Assembly: GCA_951406725.2 (NCBI GenBank)
Contig: OX597821.1
Location: forward strand, 81,964,001 to 82,028,000
Source of the DNA: Octopus vulgaris
Lineage: Eukaryota
Length of the DNA stretch: 64,000 nt
Direction: 5' to 3'
Positions 13,084 to 26,119 of the stretch are shown in pieces. Made by a program: the position numbers and the translations under genes. The number at the start of each line of letters is the position of its first letter. The first letter of the stretch is position 1. The notes below the pieces were generated by a model. The model was given only the letters and a program-made list of their open reading frames with translations, was not told the origin of the DNA and did no database searches.

Positions 13084-13926
13084 TCATCACCATTTAATGT
13101 CCATTTTCCATGCTGGCATGGGTTAGACACTTTGACTGGAGCTGGTAAGGCCAAGGGCTGCACCAAGCACCATTGTCTGTTCTGGCATGGTTTCTTTGGC
13201 TGCATACCCTTCCTGATGCCAACTACTTTACAAAGTGTACTGAGGGGTTTTAAAGTGGCACCAGCATGTGTGCCTTTTTATGTGGCACAGCACCAGCACT
13301 TTTAATGTGGCACAGCACCAGCACTTTTAATGTGGCACCTATTATCAAAGTTAACTATTTTTCCATTAATTTGAATTTCTTCCCACATAGGCTGTCAACA
13401 GATGGTTATATGAACAAACAAATGGCTTAAATGCTTTCAAAACATTTCTTTATTGATATACCATCTGATGATTGCTTCTTTGGCAATAAAACTGAAGCAA
13501 TGGAGAAGCAATGCCGACATTAACAATAAGAATATATTTTTGATGTTTGACACGTTTAGTCCTCTGTACTGGGTTCAAGTTTCTACTCGGAAATTTGTGT
13601 GTGTGCGTGCATGCTTGCGTGTGCGTGCGTGTGCGTGTGTGTGTGTGTGTTTGAGTGTATATCTGTATGTGTGTATGTGCATGTGTTTGAATGCGTGTAT
13701 ATCTGTGCATGTGTGCGTGTGTGCATGTGTGTGTGTATGTGTGTGTGTGTGTGTGTGCGTGAGCGAGTGAGTGTGTGTGTGTGTGTGTGTCTCTGTGTGT
13801 CTGTGTGTTTATGGTTGTGTTTCCCTCACTTTCAGTTGGCCTGACATTTAAACAGTTTTCTTATGCTAAAAACTGTTCTTTCTCTCTCTCGTCATAAACA
13901 TGCACACACACATACATGCACACAAC

Positions 13927-13972
<46 letters not shown>

Positions 13973-16043
13973 CACACACATTTATCTCAAATAGGTGAGG
14001 GATCTGCTAGAAAACAAGGTTGGAAACCACTTCCCCCACCCAACTGTCTATCCATATTTTTACCTGCCCTTACTGATTAATTTCTATATTAACCTTTGTA
14101 TCTGAACTGGTGGTGGTGGTCGTTGAGGGAGTGGGTGGCATTCACTCCACCCCGTTCTGCCCCTTTTCCCTTCATAGAACTCAAAGTGATAACAGTATAA
14201 AGCCCTCCTGTTGGGTGGAGTTAGTGAAGAGAAAGAAAGGACCCCCATTTCTCATAAGCAGACAGGTTCAAAAGTTCAATATTCTGAATGGAAAATCCTT
14301 TCACAAATATCAGAGATATTTCTGTTTGTTTTCCTTTCTTAATTCTTTACTTATTGATAACCAATTTTTGAGAGAGAACAAAACTATTACTTATTAGATA
14401 CTATAGCTTCATTAGTACAGTTTCATTGGTAAGATATGTTAGTTTCATAAATGGATTGCATCACTAGTGTAGCTTGAGTGGCCTTTCTGTTTGTTGCCCC
14501 TGGACCCCATTAAAAAACATATATTGCCTACAGCAGACCCAAAAGTTCCACCTGGGGCTGATCACCCCTACCAAACCCCACCTAACTATGCTTGTGGATG
14601 GCATACTTTTCAGGAATTCTCTCATTAAATTATTAGGTTAACATCCAGCCCCTCTAATTATAAATTCATTCATTCACTATTGAGCTATATTTTCTTTCAA
14701 CAATCTTGATTGAGAAACTTGTCTTCATAAACTGTTACCAAAATATCGCTAAGCATTTCACCCAGCATGCTAACAATTCTGCCAGCTTGCCACCTTAATT
14801 TTACCAAATATTGGTTTCAAATTTTGGCACAAGGCCAACAAGTTCAGGGGAGCAGGCTTGTCGGTTACATTGACCTCCAGTACTCATCTAGTACTTATTT
14901 TATTGACCCTGAAAGGTAAAAAGGCAAAGTTGACCATGATGGCATTTGAACTCAGAACATTAAAATGGATGAAATACTGCTAAGCATTTTGCCCAACATC
15001 CGAACGCTTCTGTCTTCCCTTCACCCTCATTCTAACAAAAATTAACCAATTGGTATTAACCATACCAATTTCCTTTACCAACTGACTAAACTCTTGTAAT
15101 CCAGGAAACACCCCACTACATGCAACCACATGTAATACCAAGTATTCTTGCTTTTCTTCTCTTAAGAATATCATCATCATCATCGTCATCGTTTAACATC
15201 TGTCTTCCATGCTAGCATGGGTGGAATGGTACCACAAGAGTCAGCAAGGCAGGAGCCTGCATCAGACTTCTGTGTCTGTTTCGACAGGATTTTTACTGCA
15301 CAAATAAATAAAATACATTTGGTATAAATCCGAAGGTTAACAGTTCAATCCTTGCCTTGTTGATTAAATGGTAGTGTTTAGCTCTGTCTGTGAGTCTTTT
15401 ATTGAAGGACATCAATGAATGTGTATATCAGTCAGAGCGAAGAGTAAAAGGGACTCATATATGTTGTAATGGCCCTTAAAGGATCATCATCATCGTCGTC
15501 ATCGTCGTCATCATCATCATTATCATCATCATCATCATCATCATCATTTGCTGTCCATTTTCCATACTAGTATGGGTTGGACAGTTTGATAGGGTCCAAT
15601 GTGTCTCAAGGATCACATGGAGTTCCAGTGTCTGCTCTGGCATGGGTTTTATGGCTGGATGCCCTTGCTGACACCAACCTCTTTATTGTGTGAACAGTGA
15701 GGTCTACTTTAGCAAGGGACTTTATGGTTGGATGATCTTTCTAACATCAACTACTTTACAGTACGGACTGTGTGCTTCTAAAGAATATTACAAGGGTCAC
15801 CACAGTGGCATTACTTGGATAGGGAGCAGTCTACTCTGGGTGATGCTTTTATGGGGTGGCACTTTTGGGTCTGCTGGGTAAATTTGTGAAGGCTTGAGGG
15901 CCTACAGAGGTGGGGAAACTCAAGAGATTCCCACTTTAGCTACACAACTGGTAGATCAAAAGATGTTCTAAAATAATTTTGGAAGCTCATGTGAGGCAGA
16001 GTACACCAATCAGGCATGTGTATGAGACTTCAAGGACAATTCA

Positions 16044-16108
16044 GTACCTGTACAAGTATGCATGTGTACCTGTACAAGTATGCATGTGTACCTGTACAAG
16101 TATGCATG
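16044..16108 (+). repeat. 22-bp tandem repeat x3
   Basis: GTACCTGTACAAGTATGCATGT repeated three times. Confidence 0.9.
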
Positions 16109-16682
16109 GTAAAAATGTAGAGAACATGTGAATCATCATTTATAAGGTATTAACTGAGAGAGATTATACGTAGGAATCAGTAAACAATACAGTAACTGCT
16201 TGGTGGGGTAAGCACATGTAGAACTTTAGGAGCAGAGCAGTTGCTGGGAGTGGTGTATGTGACCTTAATGAATACTATAGTAACTGTGGAATGAGGGCAT
16301 ATTTAGAACTTTGTGAAGAGTATAAATTTCAAATACCTTGGTAAAGTAAAAATAGTGAATGAGGAGGAGATGAGAAATGAGAAGATACAGGGCTTAGAGG
16401 TTAGGAAACTGGCATCTTGATAATGGTTTTAAATTTTGGCACAAGACCAACAATTTGAGGGAGGTGGCTAAGTCGATCATATCAATCCTAGTGGTCAACT
16501 GGTGCATATTTTATCAACTTTGAAAGGATGAAAGATAAAGTTGACCTTGGCAGGATTTAAAAAAACCTGAATTTCTGAAAAATATTGTTATGAGATTCTA
16601 GAAATATGTTCAAATGAAAATAGATATGTTGTATTGCTTTGTTCATAATCTTGGAAAACAATGCTGCTAAGCATTTTTGTCA

Positions 16683-16970
16683 GTGGGGGCACATGGCCTG
16701 GTGGTTAGAGAAGTCGAGGGATCATGTATTCAAATCTCAGACCAGGTGATGTGTGTGTTTATGAGCGAAACACCTAAGCTCCATGCAGCTCCGGCAGAAC
16801 TTCTGCTGATTCTTTTGCCACAACTTTCTTTCACTCTTTCCCCTTGCATCCAGCAGCTTACCTGTAGCAGATCAGCATCCTGTCCAGGTAGGGAACTTAT
16901 ATGCCAATGATACCGGGAAACCGGCCCTTATGAGCCAGGCATGGCTTGAGAAGAAATGAGCAACAACAAC
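16683..16970 (+). mobile_element. tRNA-derived SINE type E with target-site duplication
   Basis: Head GTGG.GGCACATGGCCT.GTGGTTAGAG, (AAC)n tail, TTTTGTCAG at both ends. Inserted in a type B SINE. Confidence 0.8.
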
Positions 16971-17049
16971 ATTTTGTCAGACTTCATTAACAATTCTTTC
17001 AGCTTGCTGCCTTAAGGTTCTTAGTAATGAGGTTATGAGTTTGAGTTAT

Positions 17050-17780
17050 CCTGGCACCTGTGCTGGTGACATGTAAAAAGCACCATCCTTATGTGGCTGA
17101 TGCTAGCGCTGCCTTGACTGGCTTCTGTGTCGGTGGCACATAAAAACCACCAACCGATCGTGGCCGTTACCAGCCTCCCTTGGCACCTGTACCGGTGGCA
17201 TTTAAAAAAACCACCATCCGTATGTGGTCGATGCCAGTGCCACCTTGACTGGCTTCCATGCCGGTGGCACGTAAAAAGCACCAACCGATCATGGCTGTTG
17301 CCAGCCTTCCTTGGCACCTGTGCTGGTGGCATGTAAAAAGCACCCACTACACTCACGGAGTGGTTGGCATTAGGAAGGGCATCCAGCTGTAGAAACACTG
17401 CCAGATCAGACTGAAGCCTGGTGCAGCCTCCTGGCTTCCCAGACCTCGGTCAAACCATCCAACCCATGCTAGCATGGAAAACGGACGTTAAACGATGATG
17501 ATGATGATGATGAGGTGCAGTATGTCTTTGACTTCAAATTAATCCAGAACATTATGGTCAATGCTGGCGTCAGGTCAATGGCACCTGTGTCAGTGGCATG
17601 TAAAAAACACCCATTACACTCTCAGAGTGGTTGGCATTAGGAAGGGCATCCAGCCATAGAAACCATGTCAAATCAGATTGGAACCTGGTGCAGCTCCCTG
17701 GCTTATCAGTTTTCAGTCAACCGTCCAACTCATGCCAGCATGGAAAACGAAAGTTAAATGATGATGATGATGATGATGAT
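17050..17780 (+). mobile_element. Two tandem copies of the (GAT)n-tailed element
   Basis: GGTGGCAC(G/A)TAAAAAGCACC sub-repeats and the GGAAGGGCATCCAG...CCAACCCATGCTAGCATGGAAA...TTAAACGATGATG terminus, twice. Confidence 0.85.
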
Positions 17781-18416
17781 GACTTAGCTGACCAAAATGA
17801 GTACCAAGACTGACAGAATGCTCAGTCATTGTCAAGTTAATGGAGTGATACAACTAAAACCTTTCATGAATGCAGAAGGATATTTCCAGCAGTGGACTGT
17901 TATATTCTGACTTTACTATTTACCATTTTACATAAAATATATATAACAAGTACACATTAGGTGTAAATATTTTTTAAGTATTAGATGTAGTAAAGACTGG
18001 TGGTGTAGCAGAAAAGAATTAAAGGTTTTTTGTTGGACGAGACCACAACCTATCTTAGGAACCTTTCTTAAATGTCTGATATCTATTTCTGACTGTAAAA
18101 TGAACTGAGTTTCTGTAAAATTAAAAATTAAAGAAGCATTCCATACATCCAAAGACATAAAAAGAAATGCCAGCTTCTTTTGATTTGGAACTGAAGGTTT
18201 ATGGTGTCATTTCACTTCAACATTTGTGAAGGAATACTTCACAGATTCAAAATGGATATACAAGGTTTTTTTTTTTTTACGGAGAGATATATGATTATTC
18301 CAATATAAAGATTGGAATGAGACGTTAGATGTTACTGTTTGGACGCTGACGACTTGGCATTGCTGACTGGACACTGAACTTGTTTTAGTGGCAATAATTT
18401 TTGGCACTGGAGAGAG

Positions 18417-18464
<48 letters not shown>

Positions 18465-18660
18465 CATGACAATTTATTGATTGAACACAACTGACATCAT
18501 CACTTTCCTTCTCATACACATAAAGAGAAGCAGAGGGAGAGAAGAGGGGAGAGAGGGAGGAAGAAAATGAGAGAAACATTGAAACATCTTACAGTGTCAA
18601 ATCAGTGATGCCAAAGAGGCAGGGCCAATATGTCTCATACCATATACAAAGTTTACTTAC

Positions 18661-18778
18661 CTACGCAGGAACTACCTTGGTTCCATATTATTTTTTTACA
18701 CACAAGGCATTGGTGAGGTTGGACTACACGATGGGGCTGGAAGTTATGGACGATACATGTCTCCTCTGCATCTTGAGG
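18661..18778 (-). CDS. TNS: Coding exon, first half of C1 (zinc-finger) domain of a probable tensin: PQDAEETCIVHNFQPHRVVQPHQCLVCKKIIWNQGSSCV(D)
   Basis: Minus strand: acceptor ctctgtctttacttcAG| and donor TAG|GTAAGT. 118 nt, open, phase 0 to phase 1. Encodes H-x12-C-x2-C-x10-C, the C1 pattern. The start PQD and the exon phases resemble vertebrate TNS1 (PEDLEAPKTHHF..., from memory). The exon/C1 call is strong and the tensin identity is inference. Confidence 0.85.
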
Positions 18779-18869
18779 CTGAAGTAAAGACAGAGAAAAA
18801 GGCATTAGCTTACATACAGTCAATGCTAAATATTAGGTTTGCACATACACACACAAACGTATTTTTACT

Positions 18870-19120
18870 CTCAGAATTGCTGAAGCACAGAATAAACTAC
18901 TGGCATCACTTGTTAGCTGTCGGGACACTGCATCCTTCAAAACTTCCGTATTTCCCAAAATTCACCTATAGTACACCTAATGTCCATTCCCTACGTTTTT
19001 TTCTTGTGACTCATTCACTGTCCACTTCCTGTGCATATTCTATGTACTGTTCATGCACTTTTGGCTACTTTTTCTGCTGATTACTGTATACAATGAGTTC
19101 GTTACTATTATTATTATTTA
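18870..19120 (+). mobile_element. Older copy of the same CR1 3' end
   Basis: NKLLASLVSCRDTASFKTSVFPKIH aligns with 30045-30135 and ends in CTGTATACAAT...(ATT)n. Confidence 0.7.
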
Positions 19121-19673
19121 CACTGAGGAACAGACAAACAGTTGCCAGATACTTGTACATACATGTTTATTTTTATATAAAAGGATGAGAACAAATCAGT
19201 AAAAGGCATATGATAGATACAAACAAGTGCTCAGAGTGGACTAAATACCCAAGATCCAATGTCAATCAAAGGGAGAAGGAATTCATGCAAACAAGAGTTG
19301 GGTATAGGTAATGTACCAGTGGAGCTGATGAAAGCAAGATAAAATAAAAGATGGATAGGCAGTTGTTATTGGCATCAAAGCATTTATGAAATAGCTTTAT
19401 AAAAGTGAGTCTAAAAATATATAAATTAAGAAGAAAAATAGGAGAATCGGGAATGCAAGAATTCAGAGTAATTCTTCATAGATATGCATAGATCCTGATA
19501 ATTTATACTCTAATGTGTAGGCATGGATGTGTGGTAAGAAGCTTGCTTCCCAACCACATGGTTCTGGGTTCAGTCCCACTGCATAGCACCTTGGACGAGT
19601 GTCTTCTACTCTAATCTTGGGCTGACCAAAGTCTTGTGACTGAATTTGTTAGATGGAAACTGAAAGAAGCCAG

Positions 19674-19715
<42 letters not shown>

Positions 19716-20393
19716 ATGTGTGTGTGTGCATGTGTGTGTGTGTGTGCATGTGTGTGCGTGCCTGTTTGCTTTAAGTGGCTTTCATAGATTAGGAGGCCTA
19801 GGGTGACGTTTGTTGGATAGGGAAGGTGTAAAGTTGTATTTGTGTCCCCGTTGATATGTGTAATAAGCACTTGCTGCAGATCTACAACTCAGATACAAGT
19901 CAACAGTGACAACGATATGTGAAATGAGTGTCAAACGCTGATATTGAAGAATACTGTGTTGTTTGTGATAAACCCATTGAGAGACGATGTCAAGTAGTGA
20001 TAAGAGAAAGTGAACATACTTTAGAAACGAAACAAAGTGAGGTCAGGTGATTTACTTTTGAATTGCATATATTTTACAGAGGCAGAACAAATATGTTAAG
20101 GGTCACTTATAGAGGTAATTATCATAAAAGGGAAACTTTTAAAGCTGATGACAATCTGGAAATGTGAAGAAGAAGGTGGAAATGCTGTGGGTCAGGATAG
20201 AAATAGAAAACAAAAAGCAATTATTCCAAACTCCCACATCATGTAATATGTCTTTTAACCTTTTGATATCACTCTGTCGGAAACTGTCCTTCGTTCTATG
20301 ACACAAACTTCCAGCTTTAGTGATTTAACCATTTGCTATTCAGATTGTTCTTTCAAATGTAATGCTTATTTATTCACACAGTTTTGAATTAAT

Positions 20394-21099
20394 ACTTTTT
20401 ACTCTTTTACTTGTTTCAGTCAGGTGACTGTGGTCATGCTGGAGCACCGCCTTTAGTCGAGCAAATCGACACCAAGACTTATTCTTTGTAAGCCTAGTAC
20501 ATATTCTATTAGTTTCTTTTGCTGAACCGCTAAGTTACAGTCACATAAACACACCAGCATCGGTTATCAAGCGATGTTGGGGGGACAAACGCAGACACAT
20601 ACACACATATACACATATACATATATATATATATATATATATATTCGTGTGGCATCGTCCGTTTTTCTGTCCTTGTTTCGTATACATTCGATCCTTTTTC
20701 CAAGAAATCTAATGCTCGCAGCTTAGTTTTTCCTTGGGGCTGGCCGGATCAGAGCGATCTCAAGATTAATCAGCCGAAATTGCTAGGATGATCCGGTTCT
20801 TGACTGAAGATCGAGGGCTTCGAATGACCCGTCCATTTTTTTGTGTCGTCTCTTTGTATGTTTTGTGTTCTTGTCCCATTTTGTATTTTTATATATAATT
20901 TTTATACATATATATATATATATATATACATAAATACGATGGGCTTCTTTCAGTTTCTGTCTACCAAATCCACTTACAAGGCTTTGGTCGGCCCGAGGCT
21001 ATAGTAAAAGACACTTGCCCAAGGTGCCATGCAGTGGGACTGAACCTGGAACCATGTGGTTCATAAGCAAGCTACTTACCACACAGCCACTTCTACACC
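20394..21099 (-). mobile_element. SINE type A inserted in a piggyBac-like MITE and itself interrupted
   Basis: Head at 21099 and tail at 20394, with TAAT on both sides. Contains the 20644-20903 insert. Confidence 0.85.
20644..20903 (+). mobile_element. CpG-rich non-coding insert in (TA)n, probably Penelope-like remnant
   Basis: Interrupts the internal microsatellite of a SINE and has (TA)n on both sides. Diverged homology to 37255-37530 in opposite orientation (CTTGACTGA.GA...CGAATGACC.GTC). Class is inference. Confidence 0.5.
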
Positions 21100-21746
21100 T
21101 AATCATAAATTATCTTGTAACTTTGAGATTTCAACAATGTAATAGATTGTTTTTAGAATGACATTGTACAGTAGGCATGAGAGACTAGATCTGGCCAGTT
21201 TGAATATAAAACAGGTAGAATATTTTGGCTGGAGAAGAATTAAATGCTAAGGAATCAAATTATTCCTTCAACTGTGGAAATCAGATATATCCACTCAAAA
21301 TTTCATTACCCTTAACTGTGGAAAGCAATTTTATATTCCAGTGTAGGTTTTGTTGAAAAATGTCAAGTTTGAAACTATTTGCTGTTGAGATATGTCAAGT
21401 TTATTCTGGCAGCATGACTTGCAGAAAATACCAATTCTATTTTTGGGTAGATATTCAACATCGTAACTGGAATAACCATGGAACTTAATTTCACAGGGAA
21501 AGGGTTAAAACTTTGCATCAAATTTCATGTTGATTCTCATTCCAAACATTGATTTAATAATGACAAAGTTATTTTACTAAATTCTTTATTATTTTCGAAA
21601 TTAAATCAAATCAAAGGTAACAGTATATTGCAACAGACATTTGGTAACAACACAAACTTATAAACCCAGATAAAAAGATAATGTCTATGAAAAGAAGGAG
21701 GTATATGCATGTGTGTGAATGTGAAGAGAGGGAGAGAGAGAGAGAG

Positions 21747-21821
<75 letters not shown>

Positions 21822-21852
21822 TAAGAAGATGGATGGGAGTTTGTTTCCTTAC

Positions 21853-22014
21853 ATGTGTATTGCCAAAAGGAATAGAGATTATCTTGAGTTTTTCATCTCG
21901 GAAAAGACATTTCATTGAAACAAAGCAAAGATACTTTGTTTTGTAATCCCCCAAATACAAACAGACACTATTCTTTGATGCTTTTACTAGTTTCTGATAT
22001 TTGATAGTGGTCAT
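21853..22014 (-). CDS. Candidate first coding exon upstream of the C1 exon (MTTIKYQKLVKASKN...IISIPFGNTH)
   Basis: AGC-ATG start, 54 open codons of non-repetitive sequence, ending phase 0 at CAT|GTAAGG. Compatible with the phase-0 acceptor at 18778. Flanked by (CT)n tracts on the coding strand. No homology recognised. Confidence 0.35.
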
Positions 22015-22032
22015 GCTGGAGCACTTCTTTCA

Positions 22033-22125
<93 letters not shown>

Positions 22126-22976
22126 CAGAATGAGAGAAATATTAAAATATCTAATGCAAAATGAGTTAGAGATTCCAAACTGCCAGTACCAAAACAGCTG
22201 GGCCAAAACATCTAATAAACCTTTAGAATCTACCCATGACTCTAACTTACAACCTTTTTTGATTGTTGAGTCATCAGTGACGACTCTTGTTTTTATGTGG
22301 TTCATTGAAGGCCAAATCACTGTCTCAGAACTTATCTGTCCCTTCTGGCTTTTGACCTCTTCTTCTTACCCTTTAATGCCCTCCTTCCAAGCTGGCATGG
22401 GTTGGACAATTCGACAGGAACTGGCCAGGTAGGAGCCTGTGCCATGCTTCTGTGTCTGTTTTGGCATTAATTTTACGGTTGGATGCCTTTCCTAATGCCA
22501 ACCACTCTGTAGAGTGGCCTGAGTGCTTTTTATGTGGCACAAGCACAAGTCAGTTTTGGCAAGGTTTTTACAGCTGGATGCCCTTCCAAATGCCAACTAC
22601 TCTACAGTGCGGACTGAGTGCTTTTTAAGTGGCACCTGCACTGGCAGGGTCATCAAATAACTTTACAAGACAAGGAGACAGAAACAGATGTGTTGTTGCA
22701 GAGGAGGTGCATGGGTTGTTGATAGAAATTGCAAATAGAAGGAATAAAGAGAGAGGGGGAAGGGAAGTGTAATGAAAGGTAATAAAATGGTTGATCAAAA
22801 ATTCAACAAATAAAGAACTACCATCACTATACAACTGTTTACACCATCTTGGTCACTTGTATTTGTGATTGTAATCTTTTGGTTATTCATCATTGACCAC
22901 AGTTAAGGATAGGCATTTAAACTGAATTGATATCTGTATCAGACCTGCAAATGGTATCTCTCAAAGATATAAGAGA

Positions 22977-23198
22977 TACAAGGAGGGGGGGGGGGCTGAA
23001 AAGTTCCTGGCTTTGGATAAAAGAAAATAGAAGAGGATCAGTAAATTTCCCTCTCAAATTCAGTCCTTCAATTTTCCTAAGCCTTGTAAGTAGTCCTTCA
23101 GTCTTTCTAAGCCCTGTAAAAGGACTTGGAAGGTTAATCCTCCAACCAGGCCTTTTGTGATACCCTTAAAACCAGGAACTTCTCAGCAAGCCCTTGTA
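22977..23198. mobile_element. Tc1/mariner-type MITE
   Basis: TA-CAAGG...GCTGAAAAGTTCCTGGCTTT at left and AAACCAGGAACTTCTCAGC...CCTTG-TA at right: TIRs with TA at both ends. An end fragment also occurs at ~25533-25568. Confidence 0.8.
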
Positions 23199-23965
23199 TA
23201 ATAGAGATTGTCAAGGGCTGGTGTTTGATTTAAATTTAAATGTGTGAATTTAGCAAGACGCAAATGTCACACTAGATAGAACGCTAGTCTATTACAGGTA
23301 ACATTCCCAGGTGATCAGTTATACCTTCTTTAAATGAACTAGGACAACATGAAGTCAAGTGTTCTACCTAAATACACAACAAAATGCTTGCATCTAGTTT
23401 ATTGGGCAAATAGTTCAAGGTTTTATTCACTTAGCCATCTCACCTGTAGACATAAGTATAAAGTCTAAAGAGGATGGGGTGGGGGGGGGGGAGGGCAGTA
23501 AGACTGAGTGATATTTGTTCTCAAGCATATTAAAAGTGTAAGTACAGTTTAAGTGGAAAAGATACAACTGAGAACAGACAGAGCTCTTCACACCACACAC
23601 ACGTATACACTCACACACACACATACATACACACACATATACATTCACATACGCACATGCATACAAATACAAATATTTTTTTTTTCCTCAATGCCAACAA
23701 CAAACATTCTTGTATATTTACTTAGTAACTTGAGAACTAGTACTTTAGTAAATTATGGTAAGGAATTCCAGAAAGAGTGAAACATGTCCAGAGCTGTCTT
23801 ATAGTTCTTGCTGAGGAGAAAACAAAAATAGCATCAGACATTGATTTATATTTTTATTTAATTCCTCAAGGCAGTGCCCCAGCATGGCCAATGACTGAAA
23901 CAAGCAAATTTATGTGTGTGTGTGTGTGTATGAATGTAAATATATATATATATATATATATATTG

Positions 23966-24483
23966 TGACTCCCCATGGTCATGAATGACCATGGAATTGC
24001 AGCAAGAAATTTCCCCTCCGAGGCGCAAGTCTGGGCAAGGTTGATTATGGAAGATCAGCAGTCGCCCATGCCTACCAGCCTTCCCTCTTCACACCACCGA
24101 TGTTATCCAAGGGAAAGGCAAAGGGGCCGATACAGCTTGGCACCTGTGATGTCGCAGCTCATTTATTAACATGCAAGTGGCTGAGCACTCCACAGACACT
24201 TTTAATGTACCCTTAACGTAGTTCTCGGGGAGATTCAACATGAAACAGAATGTGACAAGGCTGGCCCCTTTGAAATACAGGTACAACAGAAACAGGAAGA
24301 AAGAGAGAGAGAAAGTTGTGGTGGAAGAGTACAGAAGGGTTCACCACCATCCCCTGCCAGAGCCTTGTGGAGCTTTAGGTGTTTTCGCTCAATAAACACT
24401 CACAATGCCCAGTCTGGGAATCAAACTCATGATCCTACAACTGTAAGTCTGCTGCCCTAACCACTGGGCCATTGCGTCTCCAC
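23966..24483 (-). mobile_element. SINE sharing the type E head but with a different body (possibly Deu/Nin-like)
   Basis: Head GTGGAGACGCAATGGCCCAGTGGTTAGGGCAGC...GTGTTTATTGAGCGAAAACACCTAAAGCTCCAC is shared with type E. The downstream ~300 bp are unrelated. Confidence 0.7.
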
Positions 24484-24521
24484 ACACACACACACGCATA
24501 TATATATATATATATATATGT

Positions 24522-24706
24522 AGGTCCCTGGACGCCGCGAGAGTTTCACCTGAAGGAAGGGAGTATGGGAGTTTCAGGGCATCCTCTTTTCCAAAGTGGA
24601 TTAGCTCAAATTTATCCAATGTAAATGATGAAAAGAAGTGGGCCCAGCACAGTGCCTTGCGGAACGCCACTACTGACTTTGGCTGGGCTTGATTTTACCC
24701 CTTCAA
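24522..24706 (-). mobile_element. CR1-type LINE reverse transcriptase fragment with internal deletion
   Basis: IEGVKSSPAKVSSGVPQGTVLGPLLFIIYI (RT GVPQG motif) joined out of frame to DKFELIHFGKEDALKLPYSLPSGETLAASRDL. The YADD region is missing. Flanked by (TA)n. Confidence 0.85.
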
Positions 24707-25564
24707 TATATATATATATGTATGTATATGTATGTGTGTGTATATATATGTGTGTATGTGTATATATGTGTATATAGGGACTAGTGTGCTGTGTGTGCAT
24801 GTGTGTGTGTGGATTTGTGTGTGTATGCGTGTATGTGAGTATGTGTGTGTATGTGTATATATATTTTTCTGTGTGTATATGTATGTGTGGTCGTGTGTGT
24901 GTGTATATACATGTGTGTATACGTGTATAAGTGAGAATCTCCTTATTTACCTAAAACTCTATTCCCCCCTTTTTTATATATATATATATATTTTTATTTT
25001 TTTATTTTTTATTTTTTATTTATTCTTCTATCTAATTTAACACTGACTCCTTGACCACTCCCCCAAGTATGATATTTTGCGCTATGCCTACCCCCAAAAA
25101 GTCCCCCACCAACACCCCTTTAAACCTGCCTAAATGTATAAATGCCAATACAATTCTTGTTAACTAGCTTCCTGAAGATTTCTCTTGAATGAAACAGTTC
25201 TAGTCCTGTAGAAGCTCCTTCTATATAATAAATATATATATATATATACGTTCATCATCATCAGCAGTAGCAGCACATCACCATCAGTTGTCAAGTAGTG
25301 GTGAGGGACAAACACACACACACACACACACACACACGCATGTACACACATGCATGTACACACACGCATGTACACACACGCACACACAACAGGCTTCTTT
25401 CAGAGGTTTTGGTCAGTTAGCTTAAGGCTATAGTAGCAGACATTTGCCCAGATTGCCAGGCAGTGGGACTGAACCTGGAACCATGTGATTGGAAACCAAG
25501 CTTCTTACCACACAGCCAAGCCTGTGCCTATATATGAAGCAGTGCTGAAAAGTTCTTGGTTTTG

Positions 25565-25615
<51 letters not shown>

Positions 25616-25721
25616 ATTAATAATATCAGGGTAATAAAGATTTAAAAAATTTTTACTACCAGTGGCCTAGTGTATAGAAAAATTAGTCAATAGACTATAA
25701 TTATTAAATATAAAATACAGT

Positions 25722-25873
25722 CTACATTTAAACACATTAAGAGGTATCCATCATAGGACTCCCTTAGGCTAAAGTCCAAACCACTAATCCCTAATTAGTG
25801 GTTTGGACTTTAGCTGTTCCTTCTAGCGTAAGGGAGTCCTTTGATGGATACCTCTTAATGCGTTTAAATGTAG
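25722..25873. repeat. Long imperfect inverted repeat in a (TA)n-flanked insert (~25610-25873)
   Basis: Outer arms are 45 bp with 2 mismatches (25722-25766 vs 25829-25873). Inner arms are 21 bp and perfect (25768-25788 vs 25794-25814), with a 5-nt loop and a 14-nt bulge on the right arm. Confidence 0.9.
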
Positions 25874-26085
25874 TATATATATATATATATATCATCATCA
25901 TCATCATCATTTAGCGTCCGTTTTCCATGCTAGCATGGGTTGGACGGTTCTACTGGGGTCTGTGAAGCCAGAAGGCTTCATCAGGCCCAGTCAAATCTGG
26001 CAGTGTTTCTACGGCTGGATGCCCTTCCTAACGCCAACCACTCCGTGAGTGTAGTGGGTGCTTTTTACGTGCCACCCGCTGTATG

Positions 26086-26119
<34 letters not shown>

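Noticed and set aside
20800-20845. Hammerhead-like CUGAAGA...CGAAUGACCCGUC (and the counterpart near 37322-37356)
   Set aside because: GAAA is replaced by GAAU and no stem I pairing can be drawn. Not counted as a ribozyme.
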